DNA of 64,000 nt, taken from assembly GCA_963737265.1 (NCBI GenBank), contig CAVTRY010000023.1, positions 384,001-448,000 of the forward strand. Reading direction: 5' to 3'. The DNA comes from an uncultured delta proteobacterium. GTDB taxonomy: Bacteria; Myxococcota_A; Polyangia; Fen-1088. Shown in pieces: positions 63,879 to 64,000 of the stretch. The notes beneath the pieces were generated by a model. It did no database searches. It saw nothing but the letters and a program-made list of their open reading frames with translations, and had not been told where the DNA came from. The translations under genes were made by a program, and so were the position numbers. Each line of letters begins with the position of its first letter. Position 1 is the stretch's first letter.

Positions 63879-64000
63879 TTCATGGCAATTGCCGCCCTTG
63901 GTCGTGTCTCCCTAAGCCGGCTCGCCCACATGACTCCGAACACCGCACTGACTTGCATCGACAGCAAGAATATCGCGGCCGGTCCCAATGACCGATTCGT

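Noticed and set aside
63930-64000. Possible start of a gene (MTPNTALTCIDSK...)
   Set aside because: Too short at the window edge to support a call

Overview
High-GC bacterial chromosomal window. The gene content (many Cys-rich Gly/Thr-linker lipoproteins, DUF4215/fibro-slime, CglB-like vWA protein, Hanks kinases with PEGA tails, futalosine pathway) points to Myxococcota, probably Polyangia-like; this taxonomy is inferred. Housekeeping and metabolic genes: carB-greA, bcp, msrBA-dipZ, cysJI, thiC, mqnE and an unusual degenerate-MqnA::MqnC fusion. Accessory loci: (1) a nadE-like/asnB/AMP-ligase/truncated-PrmC/ACP/CysE-like carrier-protein operon of unknown product next to a FliB-like Fe-S protein; (2) a mirror-symmetric locus in which two divergent membrane Ser/Thr kinases are each followed by a TPR envelope protein (one a TPR-PEGA-TonB-dependent receptor fusion) and then a Cys-rich lipoprotein; (3) an RND efflux operon whose TolC-like gene is cleanly split by an ISKra4/ISLre2-type IS (24-bp TIRs, 9-bp TSD); (4) a MenAT-like toxin-antitoxin pair inside a 34-bp direct repeat; (5) deletion scars (ECF sigma::NTF2 chimera, modF remnant). 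Two otherwise intact genes carry single-base insertions that may be sequencing errors. I saw no tRNA, rRNA or CRISPR array. All calls come from reading motifs by eye, with no database searches.
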